NCBI GenBank assembly: GCA_011620315.1
Contig: WOZO01000063.1
Coordinates: 7,968 to 71,967, forward strand
DNA length: 64,000 nt
Direction: 5' to 3'
DNA from: Sideroxydans sp.
Lineage (GTDB): Bacteria; Pseudomonadota; Gammaproteobacteria; Burkholderiales; Gallionellaceae
Part shown: one piece after another, positions 9,039-18,153 of the stretch
How positions within the stretch are numbered: the first letter of the stretch is position 1
Layout: each line of letters starts with the position of its first letter
The notes under the pieces: generated by a model
What the model saw: only the letters and a program-made list of their open reading frames with translations
Databases searched by the model: none
What the model was told of the DNA's origin: nothing
Made by a program: the position numbers and the translations under genes

Positions 9039-9890
9039 ATGCGCAATTTCGATCTCACGATTCCCCCTTCCAAGTCCACCTACGATGCGAAAGGCGCGTT
9101 GCAGTTTTTCGAGGCGGCGGGCGAAACAAAGTATGTGAAAGCAGGCAAGACGCTGTTCAAGGAGAACAGCCGTGCCAGCCCGCTGCTGCTGCAAAATGAC
9201 AAGATGTTTTACCTGCTGGAAGGCGCGGTGGAGCTGACGGCGAACGGTGAGACGGTTGGGCTGGTGCGCGCGGGCGAGTTGTTCGGCGAGATGACGCTAA
9301 TCACCGGCTTGCCTCGCACGGCGACGGCCAGGGCGAAAACGGATTGCCGACTCATCATGCTGGACAAGGAGCAGCTTCAGGCGGCGTTGCAGACTGCGCC
9401 CGAGTTCGCGCTGTTGCTGATGCACTTCATGATCGCGCGTTTACGCGACGCCATCGCACAGTTGAAATCGCAGGGGAACATGACCAGTGATGGGATGCTG
9501 AAAGACTCGGCCATCATCGACAAGAAACTACTGGATGATCTGGCAGACGAGTTCGACCGCAGTGCGCGCATACGTTGCCCGGAAGACAAGGTGATCATCC
9601 AAGAGGGGCAACCCGGCGTACTCATGTATGTGGTGCTGAAAGGCACGGTGGAGATCGCCATTCAGGGCAACACACTGGGCAAGATCGGGCCGGGCGGGAT
9701 GCTCGGCGAGATGGCGCTGATCTCGCGTACGGAGCGCCTTGCCAGTGCCACCGCCAAGACAGACTGCGAACTGCTATCCATCAACCGCGATGTGTTTCTG
9801 AAGATGGTGAGCGCGAATCCGAAGTTCGCCATCTCGCTGCTCGGTGCAGTCGGCCACCGCGCACACTTCATTGCGTCGATGCGAACTTGA
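9039..9890 (+). CDS. Tandem cNMP-binding (CAP_ED) domain protein, no HTH
   Basis: Two GE.FGEM.LI...R.A.A.AKTDC.L motifs; TTGACG-N16-GATAAT at 8955-8982 upstream. Confidence 0.85.
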   Translation: MRNFDLTIPPSKSTYDAKGALQFFEAAGETKYVKAGKTLFKENSRASPLLLQNDKMFYLLEGAVELTANGETVGLVRAGELFGEMTLITGLPRTATARAKTDCRLIMLDKEQLQAALQTAPEFALLLMHFMIARLRDAIAQLKSQGNMTSDGMLKDSAIIDKKLLDDLADEFDRSARIRCPEDKVIIQEGQPGVLMYVVLKGTVEIAIQGNTLGKIGPGGMLGEMALISRTERLASATAKTDCELLSINRDVFLKMVSANPKFAISLLGAVGHRAHFIASMRT

Positions 9891-10042
9891 CCGGCTGCTG
9901 ATTTCGATTCGCGCCCCAATCAAATGGGGTGCGAATACTCTTCAGACGCCATCCGCTTTCTACCTTCCGCACCTCTTCTATTGCGGCATGAAACTGACTG
10001 GCAAAGCCGATGTTGCCAGTGCAAAGCCGCCGTCTCAACGTT

Positions 10043-10840
10043 TCATTTCACGTCGAACGAATCAGGTAGCGTTACCTTTTCAACGCCACCTAGCAGGGGA
10101 GTGAGCGTAACGCCCGGCACGGGACTGATGGCCGAAGTGAGGCTGATGTATTCGTTCAATGCTTCTTTGGCTCTTGCCTTAATGTATTCCTCGCCGGTGT
10201 CTTTCAGCAGCGTCTCGTAAGGTATCTGCGACAAGGCGTCGCGCAGTTGCTCCCGCAGGTCGTCGCTATGGACGAGGATGAATTCTCGCGACCGATCCAC
10301 ATCCTCACTCCCAATAAGTATCTTCAGTTTTGGAATGGCCAGGGTGTGGCCGGTGAAGGTGCGGTACGCATCGTCTTTCAGCAACGGGATGACTTCCACT
10401 TCGTCTATCAGTTCGATCATGCGGTTCGAGTTCTGGGGCATGCCCTGTTCACTGCTCAGGGGCGCTTCCATAGCGACAGGCTGCGGCTGCTCGCGCATCA
10501 GATATCCGGCCGTTACGCCAGCCACGACTATGACGGCCACGCCGATCATCGCCATTGAGGATATGCCCGTTTCAGATTCGGGGATGTATCTTGGCAAAGG
10601 CTGCGCTGCGGGTTGAGAATCGTGCATGCGCATCCGTTCCAGCCCGAGGTCGTACACAGCACGCTTGTCCGTATCGGATAGCACTTCATAGGCCTGCTGT
10701 ATCGACACGGCCCGCGCTGCTGCTTCTGCATCCCCGATATTCCGGTCCGGATGGTAGCGCTGCATCAGGCTCTTGTAGGCTGCCCGAATAGTCTCGGCGC
10801 TGGCTTTGCAGCTAACTTCCAGAGTGTCGTAATGACTCAT
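10043..10840 (-). CDS. J-domain (HPD) - TM - FliL-like protein
   Basis: HYDTLEV...RAAYKSLMQRYHPDRN...QAYEVLSD; TM MIGVAVIVVAGVTAGYLM; C-terminus resembles FliL. ATG 10840. Confidence 0.75.
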   Translation of the reverse strand: MSHYDTLEVSCKASAETIRAAYKSLMQRYHPDRNIGDAEAAARAVSIQQAYEVLSDTDKRAVYDLGLERMRMHDSQPAAQPLPRYIPESETGISSMAMIGVAVIVVAGVTAGYLMREQPQPVAMEAPLSSEQGMPQNSNRMIELIDEVEVIPLLKDDAYRTFTGHTLAIPKLKILIGSEDVDRSREFILVHSDDLREQLRDALSQIPYETLLKDTGEEYIKARAKEALNEYISLTSAISPVPGVTLTPLLGGVEKVTLPDSFDVK

Positions 10841-10980
10841 TCGATAATCCGCTCGTTTACGTATTGCTTTCCGGGAAGATCGGGGCATCCTCTCTCAGTC
10901 GCATCGAAATACCCTTAGTTATTGACTTGGTATCGGGCGGTGATTAATCTGCCACCGACTTCACATGCTCAAACAGGATT

Positions 10981-11802
10981 ATGGCTTATACCATCGCGCA
11001 ACCTAAAACGATATTCGAGCTGCTTGGTCTCCCCCCAAATGCGACCCGCGCCGAGGTGGTGACCGCGTATCAGGCATTGTGCAGGCATTTTGAATCGGGG
11101 GCACACGGTCTTTCAGCGTCATTGGCGGAGTACAAGCTCTCCTCGTTGCACGCTGCCATGCACGCTTATTCTTCCGTCGATGCAGGCAGCGAAACGGGCA
11201 GCTCGCGCGCCCCCTCTATCATGATTGCCCCTCCTCCAGTCATTTGGTCAGAGATCGATGGTGAATCCCCGCTTTGGGCGAAAAGACGGCAGAAATTCGC
11301 CATCATGTCGAGCTGGACTTCCACTGGCCTCAAGTTCTTGTTGGGTTTCCTCGGTATTGTCTTCTTGTTCAAGATGATGTTCTCGTTCACCGCCATCCAG
11401 GCGCACACCGCCCCTGGCAACTTGGAAGCCATGAGCAGGATGAGCGAGGACAAAATAATCATCGAAGAATACTTTCGGGAAACGGGCTATCGCGCTTCTT
11501 CACGCAGCGAAGTCGAGGCACTGCAAGCCGAGGAAAAACGCAAGGAGGAAGAGCGTCGTATCGAGCTTCAAGCCCAGCGCGAAGAAGAAGCAAAACAAAG
11601 GGAATATGAGCGTTTCGTCGAAGAGAGCCGACGCATAGGGGAGAACGTTTCGCGTCAAGTGGAGCAGATAGAGCAACAAGAAGCGCAACAAAAAGAACAG
11701 GAAGAACTAAAACGTGCCTACCAGGAACAAGAGCGAATACGCATGGAGCAAGAGCGCGTCAACGCAGAACGAAGACGCTTGGGCATGCAGCCCGTTTATT
11801 GA
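10981..11802 (+). CDS. Degenerate J-like domain - TM - coiled-coil protein
   Basis: IFELLGLPPNATRAEVVTAYQALCRHFES (HPD replaced), TM LLGFLGIVFLF, long E/R/Q-rich coil. Confidence 0.7.
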   Translation: MAYTIAQPKTIFELLGLPPNATRAEVVTAYQALCRHFESGAHGLSASLAEYKLSSLHAAMHAYSSVDAGSETGSSRAPSIMIAPPPVIWSEIDGESPLWAKRRQKFAIMSSWTSTGLKFLLGFLGIVFLFKMMFSFTAIQAHTAPGNLEAMSRMSEDKIIIEEYFRETGYRASSRSEVEALQAEEKRKEEERRIELQAQREEEAKQREYERFVEESRRIGENVSRQVEQIEQQEAQQKEQEELKRAYQEQERIRMEQERVNAERRRLGMQPVY

Positions 11803-11960
11803 GTGGTTGTTCGCAGCGCGCGATTCGGCAGCGCTCATCCCGAAATTCGAGCTCTCTATGGTTTGGCGCAGGCTAAGCTCAAGAGTGCATTCATCCCGCT
11901 TATCGACTGGCGTTACCCGCCACACCGCAGCCTTATCACTCTGAACCAAGAAAGGTTGAT

Positions 11961-12246
11961 ATGAAGCGTGTCCTTATTCTTATTCTGCCGACCTTGCTGC
12001 CGATCCAGTCCCACGCACTGGACTTGGACAAGAAGCGGCACATCCTTGCTTCTGTCCTTACCTTTAGCACTGCTTATGCCATTACCAATGGATGTTAAAA
12101 CATCCGTCATATTTGGCTTGAGCGTGGGATTGGCGAAGGAAACTTATGATTCGAAAAGCACGAATGGCGACGGGTTTGACACGCATGACCTAGCGGCGGA
12201 TGCGCTCGGCGTTGGATTGGGTTTTATTTGGGGGAAGCGTTTTTAG
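11961..12246 (+). pseudogene. Frameshifted YfiM/DUF2279-like small exported/membrane protein
   Basis: RBS+ATG 11961: signal peptide and DKKRHILAS in one frame; GLAKETYD...GFDTHDLAADALG in another; shift near 12087. Confidence 0.6.
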
Positions 12247-12337
12247 GAGAGGGCGTCACCGAATAATTTCTCCGGCGCTTTCTCCTTGGTTCCGCCGCTC
12301 ATGGTTACCCCCAGAGATAACAGCCCTGCGCTTGGGC

Positions 12338-12904
12338 TTACTTCACCAGCTTCGACACCTGCTTGAACACATCCGTCCCCGCGACCTTGAGCCACTGGAA
12401 CGCCACTGTTTCGGTGCCGGTCGGCACGGCACCGGCAAGGGTCATGGCTTCGATAGCGGTATTGCGGTTGGCGGGGGCGCGGCTCAGCACGGCGTCTTGC
12501 ACAACATGCACGACGAAGCCTTCATGCAGCAGATCGAGCACGGTCTGTTGCACGCACACATGCGTCTCCATGCCGCACACCACGATCTGCGTGCGTCCAC
12601 TCTGGCGCAGTTGCGACAGGAAGTCGTCATTGCCGCAGCAGCTGAAGCTGATCTTTTCGTGGAAGGTGGCGTTGCCGGTTTTTTCCTTGAGCGCGGCGAC
12701 GGTGGGGCCGAGGCCTTTGACGTATTGCTCGGTGACGATGACGGGGACGGACAGCGCGTGTGCGCTTTCGAGCAGGATGCCGGCGTTCTTCACCACGCGC
12801 TGCAGTTCGTCCTGATCCATGGCGGCACTGAGGCGTTCCTGCACGTCGATGACCAGCAGCAGGGAGTGTGCGGCTTGCAGACGGAATTTGTCGGGGGTGG
12901 GCAT
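12338..12904 (-). CDS. Isochorismatase-family (cysteine) hydrolase
   Basis: LLVIDVQERL, TEQYVKGLGPTV, KISFSCC, VCGMETHVCVQQT. Confidence 0.92.
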   Translation of the reverse strand: MPTPDKFRLQAAHSLLLVIDVQERLSAAMDQDELQRVVKNAGILLESAHALSVPVIVTEQYVKGLGPTVAALKEKTGNATFHEKISFSCCGNDDFLSQLRQSGRTQIVVCGMETHVCVQQTVLDLLHEGFVVHVVQDAVLSRAPANRNTAIEAMTLAGAVPTGTETVAFQWLKVAGTDVFKQVSKLVK

Positions 12905-12953
12905 GGCGGTTCCTTTCGCTCTTTACGAGGTCAGGATCATACCGCCTGCCGTA

Positions 12954-13919
12954 TCAAACGGAATACGGTGCCGCCGCCCAGCCTTGCACCAATGCCGCTT
13001 CGGTGTCCGGCAGATAGCTGAAGCCGGCTTCCAGATCGCGCACGACGGCGTAGGCGACGGCGGGCGGGGTGATGGTGTTGGAGACGAGGTGGAAATACCA
13101 GGCGGAGGGATAGCCTGCCGCGCGGTCGAAGGCTTGCAACTGGTGCGACATCTCGACGCCGGAGAGTTCGGCGTTCCAGTGGAACGATTTGAGTTCGCGC
13201 GCGTGGCGCGACACCAGCGAAGCGGTTGCCACCGGGTTGCGGTAGCGGTCCAGATGTTCGCGCAGGGCGACGATCCAGTGGTCGCTGAAGTGGCCGCGCG
13301 TGGCGGCGCTGCTGTGCGACCATTCTTTGAGCAGGCGCGGCAGGCCGTTGCCGCGCCCGGTCGCCAGCCCTGCGCGCGCGACGGTCTGCTTCATGTCGAG
13401 CAGGCGGCGGAATTTGTAACGCGGCGAACCCACGGCCTGCCCTTCCAGCAGCAGCGGTGAGATGGGGTCGATGAGTTCCTGCATGTCTTCGGGCAATGCG
13501 TCCGGATCGATCAGTTCGCGGTCCAGCACTTCCTGCAGTTCTTCCACTTCCAGTTGCATGAAATCGGCGGGGGCCGGGCCGTAGGCGCAGACGAAATAAT
13601 GTGTGCGGCCGGAATGGCGGGTGACTTGCAGACCCTTGTCGAGATAGCGCTCGACCAGTTCTGCCATGTCGCCATCGCAAGCTTCCAGCTCGCTGCGCGC
13701 CCAGCGTTCCAGTTCGTCCGAGAGCCGGTCGCCGTTCGGCGCGATGACGCCGCCCGGGCGATACCAGCCGCCACGGTTCAGCGCGTATTCAAAGGTGCAG
13801 CCGGGATGGATGCGGTTGGCGATCTCCAGCAACCCGGCGTGATGCGGGCGCGGCGACAACGCTTCGATCTTGCGCGCGAGTTCCTGCAGCGCTGTTTCGT
13901 CGGGCGTCATGATCGTCAT
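12954..13919 (-). CDS. Hypothetical protein co-transcribed with lrv
   Basis: 321-aa ORF with 4-nt overlap with lrv, host-like codon use. Confidence 0.75.
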   Translation of the reverse strand: MTIMTPDETALQELARKIEALSPRPHHAGLLEIANRIHPGCTFEYALNRGGWYRPGGVIAPNGDRLSDELERWARSELEACDGDMAELVERYLDKGLQVTRHSGRTHYFVCAYGPAPADFMQLEVEELQEVLDRELIDPDALPEDMQELIDPISPLLLEGQAVGSPRYKFRRLLDMKQTVARAGLATGRGNGLPRLLKEWSHSSAATRGHFSDHWIVALREHLDRYRNPVATASLVSRHARELKSFHWNAELSGVEMSHQLQAFDRAAGYPSAWYFHLVSNTITPPAVAYAVVRDLEAGFSYLPDTEAALVQGWAAAPYSV

Positions 13920-14677
13920 TTCTCTGCTCCCATCAGGTATTCGTTCAATCGCTGGCGCACCACGGTGCGCACGTCAGGCTCGGCATCGTCCGCTAGTTCG
14001 GCGATAGACTCAAGCGGTGCATGCTCCGCCGCGCGCAGCCGCACCACCCAGTCCTCGTCGTGCAGCATCTTTACGGCATCGTCCGCCAGTACGCGCTCGG
14101 CCACGATGCGCCGCACTTCCACATCTTCATCCTGCGCCATGCGCCCCAGCGCGAACGGCGGCAAACGGCGCGCCACCACCTTGCGCACTTCGCGCTCCTC
14201 GTCGTGCGCCATCTTCGGCAACTGCCCGTGCGGCAGGCGTTTCGCCACCTGCATGCGCACCAGATAATCTTCGTCGTTCTGCAATACGCCCAGTTCTTCC
14301 GGTACCAGGCGATCCGCCGCCGTCATGCGCACTTCGCGGTCGGTATCGTGCAGATAGTCCCCCAGCCCGTCGATGGGCAGGCGCATCACCATCACGCGCC
14401 GCACCACCTCGTCCTCGTCGCGCGCCAGCGGGCGCAAGGCTGCCAGCGGCGCATGTTGCGCGGCGATGGCGCGCCTTTCCCAGAAAGCATCGTGCAGATA
14501 GCCTTCGGCGAATTCCTTGTTGCGCCGCAAAAAGCGGTCGATCTGCCGCCCGCTGTGCGCGGTCACGCAGATGTCGCCCGGCACACAGCGGCCTTCCGCC
14601 AGTAGCGCGCGGTGCGGACAAGTCGCGCAATCCGCGAGGGCGGACGGCGGCGCTGCCTCCGGGTGACTTTCTGGCAT
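13916..14677 (-). CDS. lrv: 4Fe-4S-binding leucine-rich-variant (LRV) repeat protein
   Basis: CATCPHR...RCVPGDIC...SGRQIDRF plus repeated D.D..VR..VA.RL units; ATG 14677. Confidence 0.88.
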   Translation of the reverse strand: MPESHPEAAPPSALADCATCPHRALLAEGRCVPGDICVTAHSGRQIDRFLRRNKEFAEGYLHDAFWERRAIAAQHAPLAALRPLARDEDEVVRRVMVMRLPIDGLGDYLHDTDREVRMTAADRLVPEELGVLQNDEDYLVRMQVAKRLPHGQLPKMAHDEEREVRKVVARRLPPFALGRMAQDEDVEVRRIVAERVLADDAVKMLHDEDWVVRLRAAEHAPLESIAELADDAEPDVRTVVRQRLNEYLMGAEK

Positions 14678-14716
14678 GTGGGTCCCTGCTTTCAAAATAG
14701 ACATCGCCTGAGTGAC

Positions 14717-14732
14717 TGCAACACCCGTGCCA
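14717..14732 (-). promoter_or_regulatory. sigma54 promoter of lrv operon
   Basis: Minus strand TGGCAC-GGGTG-TTGCA. Confidence 0.85.
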
Positions 14733-14806
14733 ATCTGCTGCGCGGGTAATTTATCAAGCCATGACAGAGGGTTAGCGATTCTGACTGCGGGATACAAACA
14801 GGAGTT

Positions 14807-14822
14807 TGTAGCGATTGCGACA
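14807..14822. promoter_or_regulatory. NifA UAS
   Basis: TGT-AGCGATTGCG-ACA. Confidence 0.75.
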
Positions 14823-14855
14823 AAACAAATCGTTGGGTGGAGCCCTTCCTGCATC

Positions 14856-15305
14856 TTATAGATTCTTGCGCAGCACCGTCATGTGCGAACCGTCGAATCC
14901 GAGCGCGCGGTAGAAATCCAGCGCGGTGGCGTTGTCGCGGTCGGCCAGCAGGGTGACGCGCGTCATGCCCTGCTCGCGCGCCCAGTCCAGCACATGCTCG
15001 ACCAGCTTGCGCCCGTAACCGCCGCCGCGATGCGCGCGGCTGACGATCACATCCTCCAGCAGCAACACCTTGCGGCCCTCGGCGGTGCTGACGGTGATGA
15101 GCGCGTTGGCCATGCCCGCCACCTGCCCGGCTATGCGCAGCACGAACAGTCTGCCCAGTTGCGGTTCGTCGAGGATGAGTTGCAGGCCGCGCAGTTGTTT
15201 GTCGCGCTCGGGGGTGAAATCGCTCTCAAGCGCGAACAGCCCGGCGAGAAGGTCGGCGAGGTGCGGCAGGTCCTCAGCGGTAGCGAAGTCGATAGCAGTA
15301 TTCAT
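14856..15305 (-). CDS. GNAT-family N-acetyltransferase
   Basis: LLEDVIVSRAHRGGGYGRKLV...N.TALDFYRALGF; ATG 15305. Confidence 0.9.
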   Translation of the reverse strand: MNTAIDFATAEDLPHLADLLAGLFALESDFTPERDKQLRGLQLILDEPQLGRLFVLRIAGQVAGMANALITVSTAEGRKVLLLEDVIVSRAHRGGGYGRKLVEHVLDWAREQGMTRVTLLADRDNATALDFYRALGFDGSHMTVLRKNL

Positions 15306-15431
15306 GGTTCTCTCGGTTAGCTTTTCATCCCTCGATACGGTGCTACGCACCTACTCTGGACGAACGGACTGGAAAAATGCAACCGTTCGCCCTGAGTAGT
15401 TCGCATCGCGAACGTATCGAAGGGCACGTTC

Positions 15432-16502
15432 CTACATCAGCGCCACGCTCTTCACCTGTGCGCACACGTACATCCCCGCGACCAGGCCCAGATGGTCGCG
15501 CGAACGGCGCGTGATGCGCGACAGCAGCATATGCGACTCGCCCACCTGCATGCGCACGATCACCTTGTCCGGCCCCTCGTCGCGTATCTCTTCGATGCGC
15601 GCATTGAGGATGTTGTTGATGCTGGAGCCTTGCGGCGCCTGCGTGGCGATGCTCACGTCGCGTGCCAGCACGCGGGCACGCACGCGATAGCCTGCCGTCT
15701 GATCCACCTTGCCCACCCACAGGTGGCCGCCGGGGAAATCGAGCTGCGTCAGATGATAGGCCTCGTCGTGCCGCGCCACCGACGCTTCGATCACCGCGCC
15801 GGCGTCGTCGAAATGCGCGATGGGCAGGTCCAGCCGCGCCAGCGTCTCACCCAGCGCGCCGCTGGCGATGACCTTGCCCTGCTGCAGCAATACCAGATGG
15901 TCGGCCAGCCGCGCCACCTCGTCCATCGCATGGCTGACGTACAGAACGGGGATCTGCAGTTCGCGGTGCAGGCGTTCGAGGTAGGGCAGGATCTCCTGCT
16001 TGCTCTGCGTGTCGAGCGCGGACAGCGGCTCGTCCATCAGCAGCAGTTCGGGGCTGACCAGCAGCGCGCGGCCGATGGCGACGCGCTGGCGCTCACCGCC
16101 GGACAGGCTGGCCGGATCGCCGCGCCCGATGATGCGGTCCAGCCCCAGCCATTCGATCACTTGTTCCGGTTGCACGCGGCGTAGCGCAGGCGCGATGCGC
16201 CGGTAGCCGTATTCCAGATTGGCACGCACCGACAGGTGCGGGAACAGGCTGGCCTCCTGGAACACATAGCCCAGCGGCCGCTTGTGCACCGGCATGAAGG
16301 TCGTCTCGTTCTGCCACGGCTCGCCGTTCACGCGCAGCCAGCCCTGCGCGCGCTCCAGTCCGGCGATGCAGCGCAGCAGCGTGGTCTTGCCGGAACCGGA
16401 GGAGCCGAACAATGCGGTGACGCCGAGCGGCGGCGCGCTGAACTGGGCATCCAGTTCGAAGCTACCCTGCTGCATCTTGAGGTGTACGCGCAGCCAGCTC
16501 AT
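15432..16502 (-). CDS. modC: Molybdate ABC transporter ATPase
   Basis: [31 protein letters not shown]-terminal TOBE; ATG 16502. Confidence 0.95.
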   Translation of the reverse strand: MSWLRVHLKMQQGSFELDAQFSAPPLGVTALFGSSGSGKTTLLRCIAGLERAQGWLRVNGEPWQNETTFMPVHKRPLGYVFQEASLFPHLSVRANLEYGYRRIAPALRRVQPEQVIEWLGLDRIIGRGDPASLSGGERQRVAIGRALLVSPELLLMDEPLSALDTQSKQEILPYLERLHRELQIPVLYVSHAMDEVARLADHLVLLQQGKVIASGALGETLARLDLPIAHFDDAGAVIEASVARHDEAYHLTQLDFPGGHLWVGKVDQTAGYRVRARVLARDVSIATQAPQGSSINNILNARIEEIRDEGPDKVIVRMQVGESHMLLSRITRRSRDHLGLVAGMYVCAQVKSVALM

Positions 16503-17176
16503 CGCGCCCCCTTGGACCAATTGCCGCCCACGCGATACAGTCCGACCAGCACGAGGAAGGAGAACAGCACCATGCCGCCCGACAGCCAATGTGCCTCGCT
16601 GTATTCCATCGCCTCGACGTGGGTGTAGATGGCGACCGAGAGCACCTGCGTCTCGCCGGGGATGCTGCCGCCCAACATCAGCACCACGCCGAACTCGCCG
16701 ACCGTGTGCGCGAAGGCCAGGATGATGGCGGTGAGGAAACCGGGACGCGCCAATGGCAAGGCGACACTGATGAATCGATCCCACGGTGTCGCGCGCAGGG
16801 TAGCCGCCACTTCCAGCGGACGTTTGCCCATCGCCTCGAACGCGTTCTGTATCGGCTGCACCGCGAACGGCAGAGAGAACAGCACCGAGCCGACCACCAG
16901 TCCGGCGAAGGTGAACGGCAGTGCACCGATGCCGAGCGCGCGCGTCAATTCACCCACCGCGCCCTGCGGCCCCATCAGCAACAGCAGATAGAAGCCCAGC
17001 ACCGTCGGCGGCAGTACCAGCGGCAGCGCCACCAGCGCCGACACCAGTCCCTTGTACCAGCTGCGGCTGTGCGCCAGCCACCAGGCCAGCGGCGTGGCGA
17101 TGCACAGCAACACAAGCGTGGTGAGGCTCGCCAGCTTGAGTGTGAGTGTTACGGCTTGCAGGTCTTCGGGTGTCAC
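16499..17176 (-). CDS. modB: Molybdate ABC transporter permease
   Basis: [37 protein letters not shown]. Confidence 0.95.
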   Translation of the reverse strand: MTPEDLQAVTLTLKLASLTTLVLLCIATPLAWWLAHSRSWYKGLVSALVALPLVLPPTVLGFYLLLLMGPQGAVGELTRALGIGALPFTFAGLVVGSVLFSLPFAVQPIQNAFEAMGKRPLEVAATLRATPWDRFISVALPLARPGFLTAIILAFAHTVGEFGVVLMLGGSIPGETQVLSVAIYTHVEAMEYSEAHWLSGGMVLFSFLVLVGLYRVGGNWSKGAR

Positions 17177-17204
17177 AATATTTTCCTTACTCTCTTTCTA
17201 CACC

Positions 17205-17384
17205 GTCATTGATGGAACTACTAGCCAATCCACTAAGCCAGCAAGCTGGCAAGTGGCTGGTTATCCCGCGCAGGCGGGAATCCAGCCATCAAAACAATTC
17301 CGCGAAGCGGACAACATGTTCTGGTTATGTCCCGCTGCGCGGGGAATGTTGAACCACTGGATTCCCGCCTGCGCGGGAATGACG
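17205..17384. repeat. REP doublet (GTCATTCCCGCGCAGGCGGGAATCCA family) interrupted by a 49-nt hairpin element at 17216-17264
   Basis: gtcatt[insert]cccgcgcaggcgggaatccag ... ctggattcccgcctgcgcgggaatgac. Confidence 0.85.
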
Positions 17385-17390
17385 GATCAA

Positions 17391-18143
17391 TCATGGCAGT
17401 TCGTAGCCGTAGCTGCGTATCACGGTTGCGGCCTGCGGGCCTTTGAGGAATGCGAGGAATGCTTTGGTCGCTTCGGTATCTTGTGCACTCGACAACATCA
17501 CGGCGCTCTGTTCGATGGGGTTGTAGTAGTGAGCCGGCACGATCCACCATGAACCTTCGCCCACCTTGCCGCCCTTGGTGATCTGCGACAGCGCGATGAA
17601 ACCCAGCTCCGCATTGCCGCTGGCGGCGAACTGATAGGTCTGTGTGATGTTGTCGCCTTTCACCAGTTTGGATTGCAGCACTTTCCACAGTCCCATTTCT
17701 TCCAGCGCTTCCTGCGCGGCGGTGCCGTACACCGCGAGCTTGGGATCGCCGATGGAAAGTTTGTTGTAGCCGCCTTTGCGCAGCACCGCGCCCTTGTCAT
17801 CCACCAAGCCCGGCTGCGCACTCCACAGCACCAGCTTGCCCAGCGCATATACGAAGCGCGAACCGTTCACTGTCAGACCGTCGCCATCCAGTTTCTTCGG
17901 CGTCCTGGTGTCGGCCGCGATGAATGCATCGTAGGGCGCGCCCTGTTTGATCTGCGCGTAGAACTTGCCGGTGGAGCCGAAGCTGACCGATACCTTGTGT
18001 CCGCTCGCCTGCTCGAACAGCGGCACGATCTCCTGCATCGGCGCGGTGAAGTTCGCCGCCACCGCCACGCGCACCTCGCCCGCCTGCGCCACTTGCGCCA
18101 TCATCAACAGCGCGCCCAACAAACCCAGTTTGATCGATTTCAT
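17391..18143 (-). CDS. modA: Molybdate-binding periplasmic protein
   Basis: VAVAANF, SFGSTGKFYAQIKQGAPYDAFIAAD, IGDPKLAVYGTAA. Confidence 0.95.
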   Translation of the reverse strand: MKSIKLGLLGALLMMAQVAQAGEVRVAVAANFTAPMQEIVPLFEQASGHKVSVSFGSTGKFYAQIKQGAPYDAFIAADTRTPKKLDGDGLTVNGSRFVYALGKLVLWSAQPGLVDDKGAVLRKGGYNKLSIGDPKLAVYGTAAQEALEEMGLWKVLQSKLVKGDNITQTYQFAASGNAELGFIALSQITKGGKVGEGSWWIVPAHYYNPIEQSAVMLSSAQDTEATKAFLAFLKGPQAATVIRSYGYELP

Positions 18144-18153
18144 TTCCTGCTCC

